A DNA stretch of 53,203 nucleotides from Nanobdellati archaeon (lineage in GTDB: Archaea > B1Sed10-29 > JAGVWA01). Below the pieces are notes generated by a model, which was not told the origin of the DNA, made no database searches, and saw only the letters and a program-made list of their open reading frames with translations. The stretch is from positions 1-53,203 of the forward strand of contig JAGVWA010000018.1 of the NCBI GenBank assembly GCA_018304505.1, in the 5' to 3' direction. Positions 1 through 9,322 of this stretch are shown piece by piece (the first letter of the stretch is position 1; the number at the start of each line of letters is the position of its first letter). The translations under genes and the position numbers were made by a program.

Positions 1-1947
1 ATAAGCAACAAGGGCGGCTTGACCCTGTATAACCTTTCAAGCTATACAGTGACGAATGCCACGGGTGGCAAAATCGTGTTGCCTAGCCCGGTTTACAAAC
101 TGGTTTTCACGGCAACAGATGGCATCCAGACGCAAACGAACGAAGTCAACATTTCTTATCACGAGAGAAATAAGTTAGTAACCGGAATGCTGAAATGGCC
201 CATAACGCTTCAAGGCGAAATCAACTTGACGACTGAAATCGTGCCTGTGGAGATGTTCGCTGATTCAAACATCAGCAACAATAAGAACGTTACGACCTAT
301 GGCGTCAAAGAGGAGACATTGCTTGCGCCAAATTGCCTTACGCAGCCAGACGAACATGGCTTCCTGGATTTGAGGGCAAGGGCGGGAGTCTATGATAATG
401 ATGGGAACTTGTTCTGTTCAGACACCGGCGTTTCAGTAACCATTGACGGGCAAACCCATGGGCTGAAACGCTATGCTGGCTGCACATACGCAAAGTTAGT
501 TCAGCTGCCAGGCGGCGATTACACTGCAACATATGAAGCAGAATTCCTGGATCATCCAAAGCAGCAGGCAGTGTGCACATATACCTCTGAGGAAGAATCA
601 GCAGCGGACGTCATTGTTTATGGAATAGGCCGGGGCTCAATAGTTAGGGCAGGACAGAACATAACGCTTGAAGCAGTGGCCACAGTGAGCCGATCCAAGG
701 TCTCTGGGGCTACCATATCTGTCGGCCTTGCAGAAGGAGACCAGGTAGTTGAAGCAAAACAAATGACTGAAAACGCTAGAGGGATACACTCTGCAGAAAT
801 GTCAATCCCGACACAACCCGGTGAGTACTCATTTGTTTACTTGATGGAGTACCAGGGCTTTACAGCAACAGAGATAATAGGGTTCACAGTAACAACCGAC
901 CCTGCAAAGGTTACGTTAGAGGAAATCACGCTAGGGAACAGGATGTTTATTATTTATCCCCAAGCAAAGGAGTACACAGTGGGGCAGCGGCTGCCGCTAC
1001 AAGTCGAGGTAATAGATGACCGCGGAGCTGCCTTGACTGACATCACGATGGTTGCAGAGGTCTACCAAAACGGTGCCCTGCTAGACTCAGTTGCACTGCC
1101 GATTCACAGGGACGGCTTTAGGGCCTTAAGGGAATTCACGCAGCCAGCAAACTACGACGTGGTGTATAAAACCGTAGTGCAGGGCGTTGAGCTGTCAGAG
1201 CGGGTCTCGTTTGTAATGGGCGAGCCAACGCAGATCGCGCAGGTAGCTGAGTTCGCAATACAAGTGATATCGCCGCAGGAAGACGTTTACGCTGAAAACT
1301 CGGAACTCATTGTCAGGGTGCAAGTAACAGAACAAGGATCGCCGGTAGCAGATGCCAATGTCAAGCTGGTTATTGACAACACTGAGCTGCAAATGGCCTA
1401 CGACAGCTTCGGCGAATACGAAACGGTAATAGGACCACTGGAAAGCGGCGAGTACAACATCCGCGTCGTTGCGTTGAAGCAAAACAAGGTTACAGAAGAG
1501 AGGATTACATTTATCATCAGCGACAAGTTCATTACCCTCGACGTGGTGAACCCAGTACCTAAAGCTGATCTAGAGCTTGAACTAGGGCAGCCAGTCGCGC
1601 TCAGAATAAAGGCGCTTGACGAAGCATCAGACGTGGTCTCTGCTGTAATAGTGCGCGGCTCGATTCTGGAGCCAAGCGGCAGAAAACTGACGTTGCAGTT
1701 CACACAAGACCCAGTTACTGGAGACTACACATCTGTCTTCTATCCAAATGACGAGGGCATATACAAAATCGACGTCAGGGCCACCAAGCCGGGCTTCATT
1801 TCAGACGAGATCTCGAGCACGTTCAACGTGAACATCCTCGTTGAAGAGACGCAGCCATTAACAGTCGACACAAGCACCGTGCTCACAATCGTCGTGGCCT
1901 TGGCGATCATCATCGCGCTAATAACAGTAATCCGCATGATCCTCTAA
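1..1947 (+). CDS. Large surface protein with Ig-like beta repeats and C-terminal membrane anchor, 5'-truncated
   Basis: Frame is open from base 1; beta-rich repeats (G.Y.... motifs); C-terminal hydrophobic helix VLTIVVALAIIIALITVI. Confidence 0.7.
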   Translation: MSNKGGLTLYNLSSYTVTNATGGKIVLPSPVYKLVFTATDGIQTQTNEVNISYHERNKLVTGMLKWPITLQGEINLTTEIVPVEMFADSNISNNKNVTTYGVKEETLLAPNCLTQPDEHGFLDLRARAGVYDNDGNLFCSDTGVSVTIDGQTHGLKRYAGCTYAKLVQLPGGDYTATYEAEFLDHPKQQAVCTYTSEEESAADVIVYGIGRGSIVRAGQNITLEAVATVSRSKVSGATISVGLAEGDQVVEAKQMTENARGIHSAEMSIPTQPGEYSFVYLMEYQGFTATEIIGFTVTTDPAKVTLEEITLGNRMFIIYPQAKEYTVGQRLPLQVEVIDDRGAALTDITMVAEVYQNGALLDSVALPIHRDGFRALREFTQPANYDVVYKTVVQGVELSERVSFVMGEPTQIAQVAEFAIQVISPQEDVYAENSELIVRVQVTEQGSPVADANVKLVIDNTELQMAYDSFGEYETVIGPLESGEYNIRVVALKQNKVTEERITFIISDKFITLDVVNPVPKADLELELGQPVALRIKALDEASDVVSAVIVRGSILEPSGRKLTLQFTQDPVTGDYTSVFYPNDEGIYKIDVRATKPGFISDEISSTFNVNILVEETQPLTVDTSTVLTIVVALAIIIALITVIRMIL

Positions 1948-2044
1948 AAGAATCAGAAGAATAATCAGAGGCCAGAACATGGGCATGTGAAAAGCTTTAA
2001 AAACAACAAAGCACACAACAGACACAAGGCAGGGGGAAATCGGT

Positions 2045-2275
2045 ATGACAAAAAAGCAACAGGACGAGGTACTCGTATGGCAAGACGCAGAAGGAAAGTA
2101 CAAACTTGGATACTCCCAGTACTTGGACATGCAGAAACTTAAGTGGCAGAAGTTTATCTTCGCAGCTCTCATTGTCTTGATTGTGCTTTTAATAGTTGGC
2201 GGCGCAGTAGCCTGGAATCTAGTGCAAAGAATCGACGCCCTTGATCCTATAGGAAAGCTCGCAGCGCTGCGATAA
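2045..2275 (+). CDS. Small single-pass membrane protein
   Basis: 76 aa, one strong TM segment, GGGGG SD-like element upstream. Confidence 0.6.
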   Translation: MTKKQQDEVLVWQDAEGKYKLGYSQYLDMQKLKWQKFIFAALIVLIVLLIVGGAVAWNLVQRIDALDPIGKLAALR

Positions 2276-2351
2276 ACTCGTTTCGCTATAAGGCGGCTGA
2301 ACAGCTCTATTAACAGCTAATTTTATATACAAAGGGGGGTTAGTGCAAAGT

Positions 2352-2492
2352 ATGCAAGCTAAACGAGCTAGGATAATACCACAAGGCAATGAGCGCACAA
2401 CCCTGGAAGAGTATGTCCTGATATTCATTACCATTGTAATCCTGCTGCTTTTGACGGTTGTTATTCTTACATTCCCGACTATAGGAAGCTAG
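2352..2492 (+). CDS. 46-aa membrane peptide, pilin/class III signal-like (not in ORF track)
   Basis: MQAKRARIIPQGNERTTLEEYVLIFITIVILLLLTVVILTFPTIGS; TTTTATATA and GGGGGT upstream; alternative GTG start at 2343. Confidence 0.5.
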   Translation: MQAKRARIIPQGNERTTLEEYVLIFITIVILLLLTVVILTFPTIGS

Positions 2493-2538
2493 GTTCGGCG
2501 CTAAACATTTAATAAGGCGCGTTTTGTAATCAGACACA

Positions 2539-4230
2539 ATGAAGGCACTATCCGCGTTTCTCGCAATTCTCGCATTGTCGGTCATGATGGGCTGCACGTA
2601 TTTCCAGCCTGCTGAAGAACCGATGCCCCCCGTGGCTATTGAGCTGCCGGCAAGAACAGTGACTATTAATGTTGAGGATCAAGATGGAAACGCATTTGAG
2701 GGGGCTGTGATAAGCATCGATTACCGAAACATGACGATAGAGAACTACATTATAAATGGCACACATGACATCGAAATCTTCGACACAGCGCCTTTCATAA
2801 TCCTCACGTGCCCAGAAGGCACAGATGGCGGATTTACACAAAACCTGGACACCACGGCAACTAATAACTTCACACTCATGTGCAATCTCCAACCAAGAGA
2901 GGTGTTGGCAGGGATTTTCGAAACCGGGATGGAATTCGACATCACTACATGGGGCTACAGGAAATCGCACGAAGGAATCGAGGTGCACCTTGGATTAAAC
3001 CCCGATGGGTCAGTGTACCTTGCAATCATTGGCAAGGACAGGGAAACAAACACTGAATTTTCGATATCCCATGACCTTTCAGCAGAGCCAGGACAATACA
3101 TGCTGGCACAGGGCGTGGTAAAATTCAATGTAACCATACACAAGATTGAGAAGTTGTATGAGCAGTACAAGGCATCCATTACCCTACAAACCACGCGCGA
3201 ATACTTCGATTATGGGGAAGAATTCGAAATCAACTTAAGGGAAGGCCTGCTTTCGCGCGACACAAACGTAACGCTAACAATGTACCAAATCGACGGAAAA
3301 TATTACCTGTATGTCACAAGCACCCGCAGTCCGAAGCTCTATGATGAGCTGCTCGACATGTCCTCTGCCATAGTTGAAACTGCAAAAGAAGAAAACAGGA
3401 TTTCTTTCGAAGTCATCAAGATTGATGAGCAGAATCAAAAGGCAGTCATAAAGGCCACGAAACCAGTGTACATAAAAGATGGTGAAGAATTCACCCTGAA
3501 GGAAAACGAGTCCATTAGGACAACTGACGGCTACGAAATAAAACTCGAAAAGGCCTCACAGAATTTCCATATTATTAGGAATGAAGCAACTCAACTAGAA
3601 GAGACGGAATTCATTCCAGTTGCAGAGGTAACGGTTTCGCGATACAATGTGCCGTACAGTACAGCGTTCAGGGAATACAACTACGATAAAACGCGCTACA
3701 CAATGACGTCGCTTAGTACAAACAGGCTGTTCCTCCTGTCGAGCCATGGCAACTACACCAATCGTCATTACTTCGACTCGCTGTTTTTCACAGACGAACG
3801 CAACGTCGGCAAGGCCCGCGTCTTCTTGAAAAACGTAACCGGCACAGAGAAAAACGCGACAAGCAACAAGACCGTAACATTATCCCTAACTAGAAACGAC
3901 TTCATTGCCCCGACAGGCACCCTAATCGTGCCTAGGTTGAATTACGCGCCAAAGGAGTCCATTAACGTCACATACACAGTTGATGACCAAAGCCAGGTAG
4001 GTGTAATTTATTTGGTCATGAAAAACGTGAGCGCGTCAGGCGAAACAATTACTTATCATTACATTAATTATGACTCGGCCAACAAGTACTATAGAGGATT
4101 GTTTAGGCTAGTGGGTGCCTTTGTTCTTTTTGAAGTGGTTGCATACGACAAGGCAGGCAACAAAGGCGTAATAGGCGGCCAGCTCGGAGGCCCACTCAAG
4201 ATGACTGAAGACCTAACTATCCCTGTCTAA
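2539..4230 (+). CDS. Secreted lipoprotein, S-layer-like beta protein
   Basis: Lipobox signal MKALSAFLAILALSVMMG-C; many N-x-S/T sequons; C-terminal AYDKAGN Ig-like motif. Confidence 0.7.
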   Translation: MKALSAFLAILALSVMMGCTYFQPAEEPMPPVAIELPARTVTINVEDQDGNAFEGAVISIDYRNMTIENYIINGTHDIEIFDTAPFIILTCPEGTDGGFTQNLDTTATNNFTLMCNLQPREVLAGIFETGMEFDITTWGYRKSHEGIEVHLGLNPDGSVYLAIIGKDRETNTEFSISHDLSAEPGQYMLAQGVVKFNVTIHKIEKLYEQYKASITLQTTREYFDYGEEFEINLREGLLSRDTNVTLTMYQIDGKYYLYVTSTRSPKLYDELLDMSSAIVETAKEENRISFEVIKIDEQNQKAVIKATKPVYIKDGEEFTLKENESIRTTDGYEIKLEKASQNFHIIRNEATQLEETEFIPVAEVTVSRYNVPYSTAFREYNYDKTRYTMTSLSTNRLFLLSSHGNYTNRHYFDSLFFTDERNVGKARVFLKNVTGTEKNATSNKTVTLSLTRNDFIAPTGTLIVPRLNYAPKESINVTYTVDDQSQVGVIYLVMKNVSASGETITYHYINYDSANKYYRGLFRLVGAFVLFEVVAYDKAGNKGVIGGQLGGPLKMTEDLTIPV

Positions 4231-4241
4231 AAAGCCTCTGC

Positions 4242-5291
4242 CTAAAACGCACACTTTAGCAAAACATCGTAAGGCGCGTCAGTCTTTATGCCATAGCCAG
4301 AAAACAGCGTGCCAGAAGCGTGAAAACCATTAGCCTGAATGGCCTTTACTATCACCGACTTTTGCTTGTTCTTCTTATTTAAAAATTTTCCAAGTTCATG
4401 CAAGTCATAGTAGAATGGCAAGTGCGCCTCGCTGTTGATTTTTTCAAACAGCGTGTGCTTGTAAGTCAGGTTTTTCAGAAAGTCAGAATCATACGTCCCC
4501 CCTAAGTAAATCGGGCCGCTGCACTTTAATTGATTTCCACATTTACATGTGCTAAGGGCGCTTGAATACAACCCGCGGGTGTGCTGGCGTAGGCACTTTT
4601 CGCACTCTGCAACAAATCCCTGCTGCTCGATTTTTTCGTCAGTGCGTTTTCTGCTGTCAACGGTTTTTAGGAACACCCGGTAGTAGTGCAGCCTGTGGTA
4701 ACTAAATAATGGCTCAAGGGCAATGTTGAACTTGGCGGCCTCGCGCATTGCATAAGTAATCAGGAGTCGTAGGCCAAGTTCATGCGCAAAACTTGTCTTG
4801 TGCACAACGCTTCCATATTTCCTGTAACAAGCATTCTGGAATGTGCCGCTCAAGCTTCCGATGTCTGTCGCAGTCAGGCAAAGTAAACCGTTGTTGCTCT
4901 TAAGTGCTCTGAAGGCATTAAAAGTGAACTTTCCCGGCGATCCGAACGGGTCGATGTCGATGCAGTCAAAGTATTCCCGTCTATGCCCAGTTAAGAAATC
5001 GTTAGCCTCTTCATTTGATATTTTCAAGTTGACCTTGTTCAGGTCTGCATTTTTCTCGATGAGCTTGACAGCGCTTGGCTGCACGTCGTTTGCCCATACC
5101 TCGAAATCGTTGCCCTCGACTGCATAACGCGTTGCTCGGGATCCGGTTCCCGACAGCAAGTCCAGTACCTTTGCCCTATTGGGCAAGTACTGCCTTAGCA
5201 GCAGTGCAGAGATGTCCCTGTCGTAACTCATCTTGGGGTTATAGAAAACCAAGGCATGCGCGGGATCGTCCAAGCCTTCTTGCCGTGGCAC
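4242..5291 (-). CDS. trm1: tRNA (guanine-26-N2)-dimethyltransferase Trm1
   Basis: VFYNP.M..RD, LDLLSGTG, DIDPFGSP, LTATD motifs and Zn ribbon; true start uncertain because homology extends to about 5324. Confidence 0.92.
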   Translation of the reverse strand: MPRQEGLDDPAHALVFYNPKMSYDRDISALLLRQYLPNRAKVLDLLSGTGSRATRYAVEGNDFEVWANDVQPSAVKLIEKNADLNKVNLKISNEEANDFLTGHRREYFDCIDIDPFGSPGKFTFNAFRALKSNNGLLCLTATDIGSLSGTFQNACYRKYGSVVHKTSFAHELGLRLLITYAMREAAKFNIALEPLFSYHRLHYYRVFLKTVDSRKRTDEKIEQQGFVAECEKCLRQHTRGLYSSALSTCKCGNQLKCSGPIYLGGTYDSDFLKNLTYKHTLFEKINSEAHLPFYYDLHELGKFLNKKNKQKSVIVKAIQANGFHASGTLFSGYGIKTDAPYDVLLKCAF

Positions 5292-5376
5292 CTCGAGCTT
5301 TGTCTTCCCTTCGATGACTGTTTCTTTTTAACGCTTTCGTGAAGTCTTTATATTCCAGTTCTGCTTACGCATATCA

Positions 5377-6045
5377 ATGAGAATCTTAGGCATAGACGAA
5401 GCGGGCCGCGGTCCTGTTTTTGGTTCATTATTTATTGGGGGCGTTTTGATAGACGACTCATTAAATGATGAATTGAAAAAAATCGGCGTCAAGGACTCCA
5501 AGTTATTGACGAACCAGCAGCGTGAGAACCTGTACAGGAAGGTCAATGAAATGGCCGATGAGGTTCATTATGTCGAAATCACTGCGAGCGAGATTGACGA
5601 CAAGAGAAAATACATGTCCCTGAATGAGATTGAGGCCATGAAGATGGCAGAATGCATTGAAATGTTTGACCAGTCGAAGATCGACAAGGTCATTTTCGAC
5701 TTACCTGAGCCCAACGGCAACCGATTTATTGGAAAGGTGCAGAAATACTTTGATTTCCGTCAGCCGGCGATTGCAGAGCATAAGGCCGACGTCAATTACC
5801 CTGCAGTTTCCTGTGCCAGCATTATTGCCAAGGAACGCCGAGAACGCTCACTAAAGCCGATTTATGACCAGTTCGGGTTTTTCGGCAGCGGCTACACCCA
5901 TGATCCCCGCAGCATCGAATTGTTAGAGCGCTTAGCAGATCATGCAGAGTATCCTGATTTTGTCAGGAGATCTTGGGACACGGCGATACAGGCGAGGAAC
6001 AGAAAGAATCAGAGCAGCCTGATGGATTTTAACAAGTCTAAATAA
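5377..6045 (+). CDS. rnhB: Ribonuclease HII
   Basis: GIDEAGRGP, VKDSK, KAD..YPAVS.ASIIAK, GSGY; C-terminal PIP box QSSLMDF. Confidence 0.96.
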   Translation: MRILGIDEAGRGPVFGSLFIGGVLIDDSLNDELKKIGVKDSKLLTNQQRENLYRKVNEMADEVHYVEITASEIDDKRKYMSLNEIEAMKMAECIEMFDQSKIDKVIFDLPEPNGNRFIGKVQKYFDFRQPAIAEHKADVNYPAVSCASIIAKERRERSLKPIYDQFGFFGSGYTHDPRSIELLERLADHAEYPDFVRRSWDTAIQARNRKNQSSLMDFNKSK

Positions 6046-6093
6046 TGGTTCAAGATAGCGAATTTGATTGTGAATTTGATTGTTACTTGCTGC

Positions 6094-6549
6094 TTATTCT
6101 TCTTCAGGAAAGTCTTCTTCGAGCTCTTTTTCAAGGTCCACGATCGGCTCCTCTTCATATCCTGGCGGTTCTGGAGGTTTCTCTGATGGCTTGAAGGCTT
6201 CCTCTGGCCTGAACAGGAAGTTCATGAATTTTTCAGCGGTCTCTGCTACTGCTTCTACAGCGCTTTGTTTCTGGCTGTCGTATAGGCACTTGAACACGAT
6301 TTTTCCTGTCTGGGCTTCAAAGTTCGCGAGCGCATTGTAAAACCCATCGAGCGACTCGTGGTTTTTTTCGTAAGTATCGACTACAATGACAAGTTGATCA
6401 AAGTCTTGCCATTTTTTCAAGTAGGCTAGGACATCAAATATGTCGATGACGCGCTTCTTTTCAAAATATATGTCCTGTACTTTGTACTTTGTGGCGTCTA
6501 TGAAGATGTCCGAGAAGTCTCCGCCGTACTCGATGATGCCGACTTTCAT
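6094..6549 (-). CDS. Hypothetical protein, possibly a degenerate lumazine/archaeal riboflavin synthase fold with acidic tail
   Basis: MKVGII start, R-V-x-D-I-F-D, EAQTGKIVF pattern resembles RibC; acidic Pro-rich C-terminus. Confidence 0.5.
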   Translation of the reverse strand: MKVGIIEYGGDFSDIFIDATKYKVQDIYFEKKRVIDIFDVLAYLKKWQDFDQLVIVVDTYEKNHESLDGFYNALANFEAQTGKIVFKCLYDSQKQSAVEAVAETAEKFMNFLFRPEEAFKPSEKPPEPPGYEEEPIVDLEKELEEDFPEEE

Positions 6550-6596
6550 GAGTTACATATGGGTTTTGAGAATAAAAAGAAGGGGGTTGGGAATTG

Positions 6597-8237
6597 TTAC
6601 ATTCCCATTCCGCCCATGTCTGGAGGCATGCCTCCTGGAGGCATTCCACCGCCGCTGGCCTTGGTTGCAATGATGTCGTCTATCTTGAGGATCATTTCTG
6701 CTGCCTCGGCTGCTGAACTTATTGCCTGCTTCTTGACCTTCATTGCTTCAATGACGTTTTGTGCGCTCATGTCCTCGACCTTTGCAGCCATGACGTTGAT
6801 GCCGTGGTTCCTGTTGCCCTTAGCGTGCTGGTTTCTTAACTCGACGATTGAGTCGATTGAGTCCATGCCTGCGCTCTCTGCCAATGTCCTTGGAATGATT
6901 TCGAGTGCGTCTGCAAATGCTTCGATGCCCAACTGTGCTCGGCCGCCTTCTTGTCTTGCAAAAGTGCGTAGCTGCTCAGCGATCTCGATTTCCACTGCGC
7001 CCCCGCCGCTAACGATCTTGCCTAGTTCCAAGGCGCTTGTTGTTGAACCGATGCCGTCCTCCACTGCCCTTTCGGCCTCGTCAATCACGTGTTGCGTGCC
7101 TCCGCGTATGAGGACTGTAACTGCCTTCGGGTTTGTGCAGCCTTCGACAAAGGTCATTGCTTCGCCCGAGACTTTGCGTTCCTCGACTGTTTGTGCTTTG
7201 CCAAGGTCTGAGTCGCTTAGGTCTTTAAGGCTTGACACAATCTTTGCGCCTGTCGCTTTTGCCAATTTGTCGAGATCTGACTTCTTAACTCGTCTTACTG
7301 CAAAGACCCCTGCCTTGGCAAGGTAGTGCTGCGCCATGTCATCAATGCCCTTTTGGCAGAACATGACTGTTGCTTTGCTTTCAACGATTTTGTCCACCAT
7401 GTCCTTGAGCATTTTTTCTTCTTGTTCTAGGAAGGCTTGCATTTGGTCAGGGCTTGTGATTCTAATTTCGGCATCTGTCTCGGTGTCCTTGATTTCAAGG
7501 GCCACGTCTATGAGCGCGATTCTGGCGTTCTCGACTCTTTGTGGCATTCCTGAATGAACGCGTTCTTTGTCCACGACGATGCCCTCTATCAGCTGTGAGT
7601 CTGTGACCATGCCACCTTCTTTCTTTTCAACCTTGATGTAGTCCTTGTCCACAATTGCTTTCCCGTCTCGCTTTTCAGCCACTTTTATAATGGCGTTAAC
7701 AATTATCTTTGACAAGTGGTCCTTCTGGTGGCCTATTGAGCCTTTGCTGGCCATGGTTGTCGTGCATACGTTTATGAGTTTTTCCTTGTCGTCAATGCTT
7801 ATTGGCTGCGCGATTTCTTGCAGGATCTCCTGCGCCTTCTGCTCTGCGCTCTTGTATCCGCGGACGATCATTGTCGGGTGAACATCCTGATCAAGTAGGC
7901 CCTCGGCTTTTTTCAGGAGCTCCCCCGCGATCACTACTGCTGTTGTCGTTCCGTCTCCGGTTTCAGCGTCCTGTGTTTTTGCGACTTCTACGAGCATTTT
8001 TCCAATTGGGTGCTCAATAGACATTTCTTCGAGTATTGTTGCTCCATCGTTTGTTATTGTGATGTCTCCGATTGAATCGACGAGCATTTTGTCCATGCCC
8101 TTCGGCCCAAGTGTGGTCTTTATAGCTGTTGCCACGGCTCGGGCAACGAGAATGTTAATTCTCTGCGCGTCTTTACCTAATGTCCTCTGGGCACCTTCTG
8201 GTAGTATATATACTGGTTGCCCTGTTAGCTGCGTCAT
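6597..8237 (-). CDS. ths: Thermosome (group II chaperonin) subunit
   Basis: [30 protein letters not shown] motifs and GGM tail. Confidence 0.98.
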   Translation of the reverse strand: MTQLTGQPVYILPEGAQRTLGKDAQRINILVARAVATAIKTTLGPKGMDKMLVDSIGDITITNDGATILEEMSIEHPIGKMLVEVAKTQDAETGDGTTTAVVIAGELLKKAEGLLDQDVHPTMIVRGYKSAEQKAQEILQEIAQPISIDDKEKLINVCTTTMASKGSIGHQKDHLSKIIVNAIIKVAEKRDGKAIVDKDYIKVEKKEGGMVTDSQLIEGIVVDKERVHSGMPQRVENARIALIDVALEIKDTETDAEIRITSPDQMQAFLEQEEKMLKDMVDKIVESKATVMFCQKGIDDMAQHYLAKAGVFAVRRVKKSDLDKLAKATGAKIVSSLKDLSDSDLGKAQTVEERKVSGEAMTFVEGCTNPKAVTVLIRGGTQHVIDEAERAVEDGIGSTTSALELGKIVSGGGAVEIEIAEQLRTFARQEGGRAQLGIEAFADALEIIPRTLAESAGMDSIDSIVELRNQHAKGNRNHGINVMAAKVEDMSAQNVIEAMKVKKQAISSAAEAAEMILKIDDIIATKASGGGMPPGGMPPDMGGMGM

Positions 8238-8381
8238 TTAAAAACCTCCGATCTGTTTCTATTTTAGTTATTTACTATGATAAGAATAACTTAGACTAAG
8301 GAATTGATTTGTGGACATTCACTTATATAAAGCTTTTGCCTACCTATGGCCTATATATACATGCATTCCTTTTTTTAGAGC

Positions 8382-9161
8382 ATGGACTCGGGAAAAATTG
8401 ACATGTACAAGACAGCGCTTTACTTGCTGTTGGCAGTCATTGTGGCAATGCTCTCAGTGATCTTTGTGCCAATTGAACCAAGCTCGGTGATACAGAGCAA
8501 CAGAACTGATGTAAGTATACAAGGCGTTTCGTTCAACATCAGCGCAACTGGCACGGCTACTGTTTATCTCAACCCTGATGAAGTCACGGTAACGCTTGGC
8601 GTGGAAACCCTGGACATGAACGCGCAAGCGTCACAGCAGCAAAATACGCTGGCCATGAACGCTGTAATTGATTCACTCAGGGGGCTTGGCATTCATGACG
8701 ATGACATCAGGACCGTGACGTACAGCCTTACCGAGCAATACGACTACACCAGAGAAACTCGGGTATTTGCTGGTTACAGGACAGCGCACCACGTAACCGT
8801 GACAAGTAATGATGTAAAAAAAGCAGGGTTGATCATTGATTCTGCTTCAAAGGCTGGCGCCAACTACATTGGAGAGATAAACTTTGGCTTGCAAGACGAA
8901 ACCCGGCGTGCGGCATTACTGCAGGCTGTCACAGAGGCCACGCGAAACGCTTACGTAAAGGCCGAGGCCTCATCAAAGGTCTTCGGAGCAGACCAACTCA
9001 AGCCTGTAAACGTGCGCGCAGAACAGGACATCATTTATCCATTGTTCAGGGAATCGCTTGTAGTGGATGTGCAAGGCGCGTCTACTGAGGTAAGTCCAGG
9101 CCAAGTATCCGTGTCAGCAACCGTCACAGTGGACTTCCACGCAAGCGACCTTGGGATATAG
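8382..9161 (+). CDS. SIMPL (DUF541) domain membrane-anchored protein
   Basis: N-terminal TM; G.A.V...PD....LGV, GAN.I..I.F.L, PGQV.VSA.V.V.F patterns. Confidence 0.88.
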   Translation: MDSGKIDMYKTALYLLLAVIVAMLSVIFVPIEPSSVIQSNRTDVSIQGVSFNISATGTATVYLNPDEVTVTLGVETLDMNAQASQQQNTLAMNAVIDSLRGLGIHDDDIRTVTYSLTEQYDYTRETRVFAGYRTAHHVTVTSNDVKKAGLIIDSASKAGANYIGEINFGLQDETRRAALLQAVTEATRNAYVKAEASSKVFGADQLKPVNVRAEQDIIYPLFRESLVVDVQGASTEVSPGQVSVSATVTVDFHASDLGI

Positions 9162-9184
9162 CTTAAACTGTTGAATTGCAAATG

Positions 9185-9192
9185 TTTAAATA
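9185..9192 (+). promoter_or_regulatory. TATA box for Cys leader/tRNA-Cys/cysS unit
   Basis: TTTAAATA ending 24 nt before the ATG at 9216. Confidence 0.55.
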
Positions 9193-9215
9193 AAACGAGG
9201 GGTATAATGAGTTGC

Positions 9216-9260
9216 ATGATTAACCAACGCACATGTTGCTGTTGTACCCAAACGAGGTAA
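9216..9260 (+). CDS. Cys-rich leader peptide MINQRTCCCCTQTR (alternative start 9207, adding MSC)
   Basis: TGT TGC TGT TGT run directly upstream of tRNA-Cys and cysS; lies at the expected transcript start. Confidence 0.7.
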   Translation: MINQRTCCCCTQTR

Positions 9261-9322
9261 TGGTTAGTTCTAGCTCTGTTTCTCTGTTGAGATGAACGCG
9301 GGCTAGTGAAAACTTTGAAAAT

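Noticed and set aside
6600-6660. GGM/PPGGM repeat at thermosome C-terminus
   Set aside because: Normal chaperonin tail.
6559-7326. Long antisense ORFs (e.g. 6559-7326, 23295-23927, 28977-29678, 39461-40255)
   Set aside because: They are shadows of well-supported genes on the opposite strand with no motifs.
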